DNA of 64,000 bases from Microcoleus sp. GTDB lineage: Bacteria > Cyanobacteriota > Cyanobacteriia > Cyanobacteriales > Microcoleaceae. Where the stretch lies: positions 2,944,001 to 3,008,000 of the forward strand of contig CP181291.1 of the NCBI GenBank assembly GCA_052279835.1, written 5' to 3'. The notes beneath the pieces were generated by a model. It was not told the origin of the DNA. It was given only the letters and a program-made list of their open reading frames with translations, and did no database searches. Shown piece after piece: positions 1 to 9,100 of this stretch. The position numbers and the translations under genes are program-made. Within the stretch, counting starts at the first letter, position 1, and the number at the start of each line of letters is the position of its first letter.

Positions 1-501
1 AAAGCTGTTGCAGTTACTCCTGACGGTAAACGGTTAATTTCTGCGGCTGGTGATAAAACTCTCAAAGTTTGGAGTTTGGGAACCGAAAAAAATAGTTTGG
101 CTGACCTCTGGAATTTAGTAGTAAAAAATCAACTTTTCACTCTCAAAGGTGATGATAATTTAGTAAATGCTGTAGCAGTTACAGCGGATGGTAAATGGGC
201 CGTTTGTGGGGGTAGAAAGAGCACGATCAAAGTGTGGGATTTGTCAAGTAGAAAGGAAGTTTTCACTTTGGCTGGTCATGGGGATGCGGTAACAGCTTTG
301 GCGACGGTGGGGACTAGGGTGATTTCTGTTTCTGATGACAATACCCTGAGAGTTTGGGATTTGTTAAGTCGAGAAGTAATTGCTATTTTTCGGGGAGATA
401 GTGCGTTGAAATCTTGTGCTATTGCACCGGATGGGGTGACAATTGTGGCGGGGGAAGTTTCGGGACAGGTGCATTTTTTAAAGTTAGAAAATAGTTATTA
501 G
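1..501 (+). CDS. WD40-repeat protein, C-terminal part (runs off the left edge)
   Basis: Frame +1 is open from base 1 (KAVAVTPDGKRLISAAGDKTLKVWS...). Repeated GH..AV/VWD motifs; ends in the typical GTIVAGE..GQVHFL. Confidence 0.9.
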   Translation, partial: KAVAVTPDGKRLISAAGDKTLKVWSLGTEKNSLADLWNLVVKNQLFTLKGDDNLVNAVAVTADGKWAVCGGRKSTIKVWDLSSRKEVFTLAGHGDAVTALATVGTRVISVSDDNTLRVWDLLSREVIAIFRGDSALKSCAIAPDGVTIVAGEVSGQVHFLKLENSY

Positions 502-523
502 TCCTCTAGGGTTGTATTGGAAT

Positions 524-586
524 TTTTTAACCGCAGAGGACACAGAGGACACAGAGGGACAGTATAGAGAGATGAATAGTTTTGAT
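524..586 (+). repeat. Dispersed ~63-bp repeat (TTAACCGCAGAGGNCACAGAGG family)
   Basis: 55/63 identical to 61724-61786; inverted relatives at ~7098-7156 and ~7316-7356. Confidence 0.8.
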
Positions 587-628
587 GAAGAGAGGATTTG
601 CTAGGACAACTTAAGACTAATACCGAAT

Positions 629-1567
629 TTAATTCAGTGCTTTCATTGCTGCGACGACTTGCTGCGATACAAAAGGCAAAATTTGTTCGTTTTTACTATT
701 CTGTTTCCCTTCGGTAAATACCACTAACAAGTAAGGGCGCAGATTTGGTATTTCAATGTAGGCCGCATCGTGACGCACTTGACTTGTGAGCCCAGCTTTT
801 GACCACAGTTTCGCTTCTAATGGTAATCCGCTACCTAAAAAACCTGTAACTTGATTTTCGGGATCTGCTTCTAATTCGGCTGGTTCTAAGCTACGTTTCA
901 TTAAACCCATCATCTCTTGGGATGCTTTGGCGGAAACAGCTACACCACCGATGATACTATGCAACAAAATCGCTGTGGCATTGGTGGTTAGCATATTTCT
1001 ATTTTCCATTAATTCTCCCAAAAATTCTCGCTCCCGACCGTAGGGGCCGTCGCACCATGTTTTTTGATTGAGGTTAATGTCTTGTAAGTCTAGCCAATTT
1101 AATGATTGAAAGTAACGGTTGATGATGTTTCGCTGCTGTTTCCAGGTTTCAAAGGGGCCGGAGGGCAATTCTGGACCACTGGTGGTGCCGGTTAGTACAT
1201 CTACTACTAAACTGGTGGCGTCGTTGCTGGAATCTACTATCATGTCTCTGACAGCGCGTTCTAATTCTTTTGATGTTTTAATCATCCCTTTTTCTGCCCA
1301 TTCCCAGACGGCAACAAGGTAGAATAATTTGACGATGCTGGCTGGATACACTCGTTCTGAAGCCCGATGGCTATAACCTCTGGCTTGATATTTCCAAAAT
1401 TCTTCGGGGCTGAGAGCTCCGCCTGTGTTGACTCGCACGGGCGGATCGTAGACTATCCAGGTGAGGGCGAGACGATCGCCTGTTAATTCTGTAAATTCTG
1501 CGTGAACTGCATCTATAATGCTCTTGCCGAGGGTTTCTAGTTGTTCGTCAAGACGAAAAAATGTCAT
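629..1567 (-). CDS. Serine hydrolase, class A beta-lactamase-like / PBP superfamily
   Basis: SxxK (PASIVK), SSN and KAG motifs. Confidence 0.85.
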   Translation of the reverse strand: MTFFRLDEQLETLGKSIIDAVHAEFTELTGDRLALTWIVYDPPVRVNTGGALSPEEFWKYQARGYSHRASERVYPASIVKLFYLVAVWEWAEKGMIKTSKELERAVRDMIVDSSNDATSLVVDVLTGTTSGPELPSGPFETWKQQRNIINRYFQSLNWLDLQDINLNQKTWCDGPYGREREFLGELMENRNMLTTNATAILLHSIIGGVAVSAKASQEMMGLMKRSLEPAELEADPENQVTGFLGSGLPLEAKLWSKAGLTSQVRHDAAYIEIPNLRPYLLVVFTEGKQNSKNEQILPFVSQQVVAAMKALN

Positions 1568-1646
1568 GGTAATTTTAGGGGGTTATGAGGGCTTGCTATA
1601 GGAGTTATCGGTTATCAGTTATCAACTATAAACTAGAAAAAATTAA

Positions 1647-2360
1647 ATGACTAATTATCAATTATCTGATGTTGTGGAGTATCGGGCCCGATCGCACATA
1701 AATATTTACGATTCCCCCAGGTGCGATCGACTGGCGACTCAGGCGATGGCTGGGCGACACTTGCGAGTTGTCGAATTACCCCTGGTTAATGCTGGGATAG
1801 GTGTAAATTTTGATACCAGGGCTGTGATGGTGCGGCTGTGCGAAGATGATTATCCGGGATGGCTGGATCTGCGAGATGTTGAGTCGATTTCAGTGGCACA
1901 AATACCCTATCATCCTGTGATTTTATCGGAGACAAAAATTCGAGAAAAATTACCAAAAGTAATTAATTTTGCTCATCAGGCGATGCACCAATCTAATGAA
2001 TATCTTTGGGGCGGCACTGTGGGGCCAAATTATGATTGTTCTGGATTAATGCAGGCTGCTTTCATGTCGGCGGGTATCTGGTTGCCGAGGGATGCTTATC
2101 AGCAGGAAGCTTTTACTAAGCCTATTAGTATAACTTGTTTAGAACCGGGAGATTTGGTTTTTTTTGGAACACCAGAAAAGGCTACTCATGTGGGATTATA
2201 TCTGGGAGGCGATCGCTATATTCACAGTTCCGGCACTGAACAAGGTCGCAATGGTATCGGGATCGATATTTTGTCGGAGGATGGCGATCGAGTTAGTCAA
2301 GCTTATTATCGGCAATTGCGAGGATATGGTAAAGTGGTGGCAAGTTATCAGCCTAGTTAG
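1647..2360 (+). CDS. NlpC/P60 (C40) cell-wall peptidase
   Basis: YLWGG..YDCSGL, LPRDAYQQ, PGDLVFF, HVGLYLG, IHS motifs. Confidence 0.9.
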   Translation: MTNYQLSDVVEYRARSHINIYDSPRCDRLATQAMAGRHLRVVELPLVNAGIGVNFDTRAVMVRLCEDDYPGWLDLRDVESISVAQIPYHPVILSETKIREKLPKVINFAHQAMHQSNEYLWGGTVGPNYDCSGLMQAAFMSAGIWLPRDAYQQEAFTKPISITCLEPGDLVFFGTPEKATHVGLYLGGDRYIHSSGTEQGRNGIGIDILSEDGDRVSQAYYRQLRGYGKVVASYQPS

Positions 2361-2403
2361 TTGTTGATAGTTGAGTTGACGGTTGATGTTATAGCATAAA
2401 GAA

Positions 2404-3408
2404 ATGGACGCTGCATTATTTTTGGAAAAATTGGCGGGGAAAAAGGCTGAAGCAGAGGTGATACTTGATGTTTCGGCGGTAGTCCCGGTGTATAATGAAG
2501 TGGAAAGTTTACCTCATTTGATTGAGGCGATCGCCACTTCGATTCAAGCCTCTGGACTCAGCTATGAAATTATTTGCGTAGATGATGGTTCTAAGGATGG
2601 TTCCGCTGAACTTCTCAAACAGTTAGCTAGCAGTCGCGATGACCTTTGTGCTGTAATTTTACGCCGCAATTATGGTCAAACTGCTGCCATGTCGGCGGGT
2701 TTCGATCGCGCTCGCGGTCGTGCTATTGTCACCCTAGACGGCGATTTGCAAAATGACCCGGCTGATATTCCCCTATTGTTGGCAAAGTTAGATGAAGGCT
2801 ACGATTTGGTCAGTGGTTGGCGGAAAAATCGGCAAGATAATACTATTAGTCGGTTAATTCCTTCTAAAATGGCGAACTGGCTGATTGGCCGCGTTACAGG
2901 CGTGACTTTACACGACTACGGCTGTTCTTTGAAAGCTTATCGGGCGGAGTTGGTGGCAGACTTGAATCTCTACGGGGAATTGCACCGATTTTTGCCAGCT
3001 TTGGCGTTTATTGAAGGGGCGAGAATTGCCGAAATGCCGGTGCGACACCACGCCCGCCGTTTTGGTCAAAGCAAGTATGGAATTTGGCGGACTTTTCGGG
3101 TATTGATGGATTTGTTGACTATTTCTTTTATGAAGAAGTTTTTAACTCGCCCCATGCACGTTTTTGGACTTTTGGGACTGAGTTCTATGACTTTGGGAAC
3201 TGTTTTAGGGATTTATTTAACATTCCTGAAATTGGGTTTTGGTCAAAGTATTGGGAATCGTCCTTTACTGATTTTAGCTGTGGTTTTGCTGTTAACAGGG
3301 GTGCAGTTATTTTGTTTTGGTTTATTAGCAGAAGTGATGATGCGGACTTATCATGAATCTCAGGGTAAACCAATTTATCGGGTACGCGAAGTGTTTGGTT
3401 CTCAGTAA
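2404..3408 (+). CDS. Glycosyltransferase family 2 (GtrB/ArnC-like)
   Basis: VVPVYNE, VDDGSKD, RNYGQTAA, DGDLQNDP motifs; two C-terminal TM helices. Confidence 0.9.
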   Translation: MDAALFLEKLAGKKAEAEVILDVSAVVPVYNEVESLPHLIEAIATSIQASGLSYEIICVDDGSKDGSAELLKQLASSRDDLCAVILRRNYGQTAAMSAGFDRARGRAIVTLDGDLQNDPADIPLLLAKLDEGYDLVSGWRKNRQDNTISRLIPSKMANWLIGRVTGVTLHDYGCSLKAYRAELVADLNLYGELHRFLPALAFIEGARIAEMPVRHHARRFGQSKYGIWRTFRVLMDLLTISFMKKFLTRPMHVFGLLGLSSMTLGTVLGIYLTFLKLGFGQSIGNRPLLILAVVLLLTGVQLFCFGLLAEVMMRTYHESQGKPIYRVREVFGSQ

Positions 3409-3428
3409 GGGGTTGATACCAATTATAC

Positions 3429-3583
3429 TCGGCGATTGAAATCGCTGCTACACAAACAAAGTCCGCCTTCGCGGACTGAAGAAATAGGAAAGTTTTAATA
3501 CCAAATCCGGGTTTTAAACCCCCTCGATCTCTTAGTCCGCGGAGGCGGACTTCGTTTGACTTTCTGGCGGTTTCAACCGCCGA
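3429..3583. repeat. Palindromic REP/MITE-like element between convergent genes
   Basis: Left arm TCGGCGATTGAAATCGC...CAAACAAAGTCCGCCTTCGCGGACT (3429-3477) is an imperfect inverted repeat of the right arm AGTCCGCGGAGGCGGACTTCGTTTG...GGCGGTTTCAACCGCCGA (3534-3583). Confidence 0.75.
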
Positions 3584-3592
3584 ATGATCTTT

Positions 3593-4762
3593 TTAACTCA
3601 TGACTTTTTGAGCTTGTCGGAGAGATGTAATAGTGGCGATCGCGTGTTGAGAGACTGCATCTATTTCTGCTACAGTATTGAAACGGCCAATCCCAAACCG
3701 AATCGAAGCGTAGGCTAATTTGTCCGATCGCCCGATCGCTGCTAAAACATGAGATGGAGATATTTTGGCAGAAGTACAAGCAGAACCGGAAGAAACCGCC
3801 GCCGCTGACTGTAACCCCAACAGCAATGCTTGACCGTCAACGCCACCTACACTAATATTAAGATTTCCTGGCAATCTTTTAGTAGCGTGACCGTTGAGAA
3901 ACACATCTCCTAATTCTGCCAAATTTTGCCACAAACGCTCTCGCAAACTCACAACTCGTGCAGTTTCCTCCTCCATTTCCGCAATTCCTAATTCCACAGC
4001 TTTAGCAAATCCGACTATTTGCGGTGCGTACAGTGTACCCGATCGCATTCCCCGTTCGTGACCGCCACCGTGCATTTGTGGTGCTAACTGCACTCTCGGT
4101 TTATGGCGACGCACATAGAGAGCTCCAATGCCTTTTGGTCCGTAAATTTTGTGGGCTGTCAATGACATTAGATCGATATTCATCTCCTCGACATCTAGGG
4201 GAATTTTACCAATCGCCTGGGCTGCATCTGTGTGGAAAATAATATCATTTCCGCGACAGATTGCCGCAATTTCTCCAATCGGTTGAATCACTCCAATTTC
4301 ATTATTAGCAGTCATCACCGAAACTAAAATAGTCTCCGCTCGAATCGCCTTGATCAAGTCGCCTATATCAATCAATCCGTCACTTTTTACAGGTAGAACA
4401 GTAATGTCAAATCCCAATTTTTCCAAATAGGTACAGGGGTCAAGAACCGCATTATGTTCAGTTTTTACTGTTATAATGTGCTTTCCTTTACTGAAATAGG
4501 CTTCGGCGATGCCTTTAATCGCTAAGTTATTGGCTTCCGTTGCACCGCTGGTAAAAACAATTTCTTCTGGAGAGGCATTGATGGCTTCTGCTAAAATTTG
4601 TCGTGACTGTTTTACCGCTGCTTCGGCTTCCCAGCCGTAGACGTGGTTGATGCTGGCTGCATTGCCGAATTGCTCGGTGAAATAGGGCACCATCGCATCA
4701 AGTACCCGCTTGTCTACGGGGGTTGTCGAGTGGTTGTCGAGGTAGATAGGACGTGCGGACAT
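3593..4762 (-). CDS. iscS: Cysteine desulfurase (IscS family)
   Basis: YLDNHSTTP, FTSGATEANN, HTDAAQ, TAHKIYGPKG (PLP lysine), SSGSACTS (catalytic Cys). Confidence 0.92.
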   Translation of the reverse strand: MSARPIYLDNHSTTPVDKRVLDAMVPYFTEQFGNAASINHVYGWEAEAAVKQSRQILAEAINASPEEIVFTSGATEANNLAIKGIAEAYFSKGKHIITVKTEHNAVLDPCTYLEKLGFDITVLPVKSDGLIDIGDLIKAIRAETILVSVMTANNEIGVIQPIGEIAAICRGNDIIFHTDAAQAIGKIPLDVEEMNIDLMSLTAHKIYGPKGIGALYVRRHKPRVQLAPQMHGGGHERGMRSGTLYAPQIVGFAKAVELGIAEMEEETARVVSLRERLWQNLAELGDVFLNGHATKRLPGNLNISVGGVDGQALLLGLQSAAAVSSGSACTSAKISPSHVLAAIGRSDKLAYASIRFGIGRFNTVAEIDAVSQHAIATITSLRQAQKVMS

Positions 4763-4858
4763 AGTGGAAATTTAGTGAAAAAAGATGTTAGATTTATTGT
4801 AGACGAGCCTTTTGTTCTATAGCTAAAATTTATAATTAACAAATATTTGTAAAGATTT

Positions 4859-5509
4859 ATGCGCTCTGACATCCAGGGATTAGAAATTACTGCGGGTGAA
4901 CTCAAACGCCTCAGCGGTACGGGCCCCGATCGCGTATATCGACCCGCAACAGCAACTAAGTTTGTTCGCGAAGGTGTGAAAACCTTCGGTTTAATTATTT
5001 TAGTTCTGATCAGTTGTTTGCTGCTGGTAATGATATTTCCCAGGGCTTATTTGGTTTGGTTAGCCATTCACCTGATGGCGATCGCCGGTTTAATCTTTGA
5101 GGATATCTGGAAAATTAGGTGCAGCCACCAAAACAAACATTTAATTAATCTTTTTGATGATGTCGATCGCTACAATGGTATCATCAAGGCGATCGCCATT
5201 AATGACGACATAGAAGATGCTGGTAATTCGGGAGTCAAAATAACCGATCGCTCAAAAGTCATTCAAGCATTGGATCTGATCAGAAATGATTTAGTCAGAG
5301 CGTTGAAAACCGAGAGAATCATCAGGGAAAACCAAAAATTTGTGGGAACTAACTCCGAACTATTCGCCACTAACCTAGTCGCCTTAAATGCCTTGCAAAT
5401 TAGCGATCGGGCTAGCGAACAAGGGCGATTGCTAAACGAAGCTTTGCAGGTAGCCGTGGGAGTTCAAGCAGAAATGAAAAAGTTGCAACAGCGAAAGGAG
5501 GCAACTTAA
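4859..5509 (+). CDS. Hypothetical membrane protein (2 TM helices plus a coiled-coil-like C-terminus)
   Basis: 216-aa ORF filling the intergenic gap; hydrophobic segments around aa 43-80. Confidence 0.7.
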   Translation: MRSDIQGLEITAGELKRLSGTGPDRVYRPATATKFVREGVKTFGLIILVLISCLLLVMIFPRAYLVWLAIHLMAIAGLIFEDIWKIRCSHQNKHLINLFDDVDRYNGIIKAIAINDDIEDAGNSGVKITDRSKVIQALDLIRNDLVRALKTERIIRENQKFVGTNSELFATNLVALNALQISDRASEQGRLLNEALQVAVGVQAEMKKLQQRKEAT

Positions 5510-5579
5510 AGTAAAATTTTTTCAGTGAAGTCACTGGGTCAGGATATCTTAGAAAGGTGACGTTAACAACCAGGTCAGT

Positions 5580-6899
5580 ATGTCTGCTAAACCTAAGATT
5601 ATAGTTCTTGATGACGATCCCACAGGTTCTCAAACCGTGCACAGTTGCTTGCTGCTGACTACTTGGGACGACGCAACCCTGCGTTTGGGACTGCGGGACA
5701 AATCGCCGATTTTCTTTATACTGACAAATACTCGATCGCTAACTCCCGAAAACGCAGCCTCCGTCACCCGCGAAGTCTGCCAAAATCTTAAAATTGCGAT
5801 CGCCGCCGAAGGAATTCAGGATTTTTTAATAGTTAGCCGTTCCGATTCTACCCTGCGCGGCCACTATCCCATCGAAACCGACGCGATCGCCGAAGAACTA
5901 GGCCCCTTCGACGGTCATTTTCTAATACCCGCCTTTTTTGAAGGAGGTAGAATTACCCGCGACAGCGTACATTATCTAATGGTTAACAACGTCGAAACAC
6001 CAGTCCACGAAACCGAATTTGCCAAAGATTCAGTCTTTGGCTACAGCCACAGTTACCTCCCAGACTACGTGGAAGAAAAAACCAAAGGTCGGATTCAGGC
6101 CGAAAATGTCGATCGCATCTTACTCGCAGACATCCGCCAAGGAAACTTAGATCGACTCATGGACATGACAAACAACCAATGTGCAGTAGTAGATTGCGAA
6201 AATCAAAGCGATTTAGACACCTTTGCCAAACACATTCTCGATGCAGCTAGTCAAGGGAAAAAGTTTTTATTCCGCAGCGCAGCCAGCATCTTAACATCCT
6301 TAGCCGACCTAGGTCCCCAGCCCATCGCCGCCGACAATATGGCAAAATATGTCAGGAATGGCAAACCCGGTGCAGTAATAGTTGGTTCCCACGTTAAAAA
6401 AACCACAGAACAATTGGAACAATTGTTAAAAGAACCCAATACAGCGAGCATTGAAATAGATGTAGCTCATTTACTAGAAGAAGCCCCAGAGTATCGGACA
6501 AATTTACTGAATAAAACCCTAGAAAAAGTCCGCAATGCTCACAGCCATGACAAAACCCCAGTAATTTATACCAGCCGCCAGGAACTACAATTTAAAAGCA
6601 CCGAAATTAGGTTAAAATTTGGAGAAGCTGTTTCTGGTTTATTGATGGATATTGTCCGCGGCCTGCCGGGAGATATCGGGTTTTTAATCAGCAAAGGCGG
6701 GATTACTTCCAATGATGTTTTGAGTACAGGTTTGTCCCTCAAAAGTGTCAGACTCCTAGGTCAAATCATCCCTGGTTGTTCAGTAGTAAAAACCGAAGAA
6801 AATCATCCTCTATTTCCCAATTTACCAGTAGTTTTGTTTCCCGGAAATGTCGGAGATAGTAATGCTTTAGCCACGGCTTACCAGCGACTGAGCAAGTAA
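5580..6899 (+). CDS. Four-carbon acid sugar kinase family protein (DUF1537/OtnK-like)
   Basis: LDDDPTGSQT, SRSDSTLRGH, KGGITS, FPGNVG motifs. Confidence 0.88.
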   Translation: MSAKPKIIVLDDDPTGSQTVHSCLLLTTWDDATLRLGLRDKSPIFFILTNTRSLTPENAASVTREVCQNLKIAIAAEGIQDFLIVSRSDSTLRGHYPIETDAIAEELGPFDGHFLIPAFFEGGRITRDSVHYLMVNNVETPVHETEFAKDSVFGYSHSYLPDYVEEKTKGRIQAENVDRILLADIRQGNLDRLMDMTNNQCAVVDCENQSDLDTFAKHILDAASQGKKFLFRSAASILTSLADLGPQPIAADNMAKYVRNGKPGAVIVGSHVKKTTEQLEQLLKEPNTASIEIDVAHLLEEAPEYRTNLLNKTLEKVRNAHSHDKTPVIYTSRQELQFKSTEIRLKFGEAVSGLLMDIVRGLPGDIGFLISKGGITSNDVLSTGLSLKSVRLLGQIIPGCSVVKTEENHPLFPNLPVVLFPGNVGDSNALATAYQRLSK

Positions 6900-7003
6900 T
6901 ATAGCAATTCTAAATCATTTGTGAATTTCTTACTCCCGGACCTTCATAAGGTCCGGGTTGGGGTGGGGTAAAAAACTTTACGACTCCTGCAAGGACTGCT
7001 ATA
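6900..7003. mobile_element. MITE-like element with TATAGCA termini
   Basis: TATAGCAATTCT...AGGACTGCTATA (10/12 inverted match); internal hairpin CCCGGACCTT-CAT-AAGGTCCGGG. Confidence 0.55.
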
Positions 7004-7080
7004 CAATCCGGTCGGTATCAACCGGGTTTTTGCACAAAATTAAAGTCTCCCAGCCTGGAATTCCACTGAAAAACCCGGTT

Positions 7081-7183
7081 ATATCAAATCCGGTAACATC
7101 GGAATTATTCATCTCTCTTATCTCCCTCTGTGTTCTCTGCGTTCTCTGTGGTTAAATCATTCCGATACAACCGGAATTGATAT
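7081..7183. mobile_element. MITE-like element with ATATCAAATCCGGT/ACCGGAATTGATAT termini
   Basis: 13/14 terminal inverted repeat; its last 34 bp are identical to 33817-33850. Confidence 0.65.
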
Positions 7184-7210
7184 TACTTTGATATTCAAAT
7201 ATCCCAGACT

Positions 7211-7287
7211 ATTAGATATCTCCCCAAAATATCTTCACAGAACAGGCACTACAGCCTGTTCCAGAGGAATTATTGGAGATGTCTATT
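7211..7287. mobile_element. MITE-like element with TAGATATCTCC/GGAGATGTCTA termini
   Basis: Terminal inverted repeat plus internal AACAGGC..GCCTGTT hairpin; degenerate relatives at ~39594-39669 and ~54472-54559. Confidence 0.55.
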
Positions 7288-7669
7288 AGTCCAGGACGCA
7301 TTTAGAGATCGGACACTTCTCTTCCTCAGCGTCCTCTGTGTTCTCTGCGGTTTAATCAAACCGATGCCAATTGTAACTTTTACAAAAACTTAACCCCTGC
7401 TTTTCTCGGCAGCGATCGCCCGCACATGATATGATAAAAAGTCTTTATCTAATTAAAACATATTCCCAAAAATTAAATTCGTGCCCGGACTCGCTATTTT
7501 CAAAAAAATTAAATTCATCCACAAAAGCTAGGAGCAAACTCTACATATAGGGCTGATAGTAGCAAAGATACTACTATCAGTAGTGTTTTCAGCTTGTATG
7601 ACTTAAACCTTAAAATTAAGTAGAAATTTAGACCTCGCAATTTTAAACCCAAAACGTTAGCATATAAAG

Positions 7670-8821
7670 GTGACAGAACATTATCAGCCCCTAAACTCAT
7701 TAAAAAGTGGCCATTGGTTCAAGCTGATCTGTGGGGCCAGCTTTCAACACCTGCCTGCGGTCCGCAACCTGACCTTGGCTTACACCTTAGCAGGCGCTGA
7801 CTGTATCGATGTCGCGGCAGACCCGGCGGCGATCGCAGCAGCGAAAGAAGCCCTACAGGTGGCGCGCACCATACAGACTCAAGCCCAAAACCCCAGGTTT
7901 GACCGACAAGGTTTGCCCTGGCTGATGGTAAGTTTAAATGATGGGGAAGACCCGCATTTTCGTAAGGCCGAATTCAACCCAGCCGAGTGTCCGGTGGACT
8001 GCTGGCGACCTTGCGAAAAAATTTGTCCAGCCACAGCCATCGTTTTTCAGGGTGGTGGCGAAGGTGTTTCCGGGGTCATAGACCAGCAATGCTATGGCTG
8101 CGGTCGCTGTCTCCCGGTTTGTCCCAGCCAACTAATTTACACCCGTTCCTACGTGTCGGCCCCTGCCGCGATCGCACCTTTAATCCTGCAATCCGGTGTG
8201 GACGCCCTAGAAATCCACACCCAAATAGGCAGAGAAACAGATTTTGCAAGACTTTGGTCAAGCATAAATCCCTGGGTCGATCGACTCAAATTAATTGCCA
8301 TTAGTTGCCCCGATGGAGAAGGTTTGATTGATTATTTGCGGACACTTTATCAAATAATTTCCCCCCTTCCTTGTCCCCTAATTTGGCAAACCGACGGTAG
8401 GCCAATGAGTGGAGATATTGGAACCGGAGCTACTAGAGCAGCCGTCAAACTAGGCCAAAAAGTCTTAGCGGCCGGCTTACCAGGATACGTGCAACTTGCT
8501 GGTGGCACTAATGCTCATACTGTCAGCAAACTCAGAGCATCTGGGCTGATGAGGGAGGGAAGGAAAAATTTGTCAAATTCCCAAACCCCATATATTGCAG
8601 GTGTAGCTTATGGCAGCTATGCCCGTGTTTTGCTGTCACCAATTTTAGAGCAATTAGAAACAATGCAAATCGATCGAGCATTGGCGATTCCAAACGCCAT
8701 CACGCCACCAGTAGCCGGAACTAAAACACCAGGACTAACTCAACTAGAAGCTTTCCCAGCACTGCTCAGGCAGGCCGTGAGTTTAGCTAATTCTCTAGTT
8801 TCGCAACTGAAAGAAGATTAG
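7670..8821 (+). CDS. ldpA: Circadian input Fe-S protein LdpA
   Basis: WFKLICGASFQHLP N-terminus; DGEDPHFRKA; two 4Fe-4S Cys clusters (CPVDCWRPCEKICP, CYGCGRCLPVCP); DGRPMSGDIG. Confidence 0.92.
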   Translation: MTEHYQPLNSLKSGHWFKLICGASFQHLPAVRNLTLAYTLAGADCIDVAADPAAIAAAKEALQVARTIQTQAQNPRFDRQGLPWLMVSLNDGEDPHFRKAEFNPAECPVDCWRPCEKICPATAIVFQGGGEGVSGVIDQQCYGCGRCLPVCPSQLIYTRSYVSAPAAIAPLILQSGVDALEIHTQIGRETDFARLWSSINPWVDRLKLIAISCPDGEGLIDYLRTLYQIISPLPCPLIWQTDGRPMSGDIGTGATRAAVKLGQKVLAAGLPGYVQLAGGTNAHTVSKLRASGLMREGRKNLSNSQTPYIAGVAYGSYARVLLSPILEQLETMQIDRALAIPNAITPPVAGTKTPGLTQLEAFPALLRQAVSLANSLVSQLKED

Positions 8822-9100
8822 TTAGTAGTCAGTAGTCATTAGTCAGTAGTCATTAGTCAGTAGTCATTAGTCAGTAGTCGTTGGTTAGTAGTTACACCAG
8901 TCGCCAAGGCGCTTTGAGCATCGCTCCCTGAGCGGAGTCGCAGGGCAGGATAAACGCAGTCATTGGGTTCAATGATTATAAATGCCTTGACCACATTGGC
9001 GATTGCTATAGTTCCAATAACTAATAACCAATACCTAATAACTAATAACCAATAACCAATAACTAATAACCAATGACTAATAACTAATGACTAATGACTA
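8818..9100. repeat. Inverted pair of STRR heptamer arrays flanking a MITE-like insert (8893-9010)
   Basis: (T/G)TAGTCA repeats at 8818-8892; complementary AC(T/C)AATA/TGACTAA repeats at 9016-9100. The insert is bounded by TACACCAGTCGCCAA / TTGGCGATTGCTATA (12/15 inverted). Confidence 0.75.

Noticed and set aside
629..1567. True beta-lactam resistance gene
   Set aside because: It has SSN/KAG variants and a cell-wall gene context typical of cyanobacterial serine hydrolases, with no evidence of mobility.
7556..7579. NtcA site upstream of ldpA
   Set aside because: The palindrome GATAGTAG-N8-CTACTATC gives GTA-N7-TAC or N10 spacing, not N8; it may bind another factor but is unsupported.
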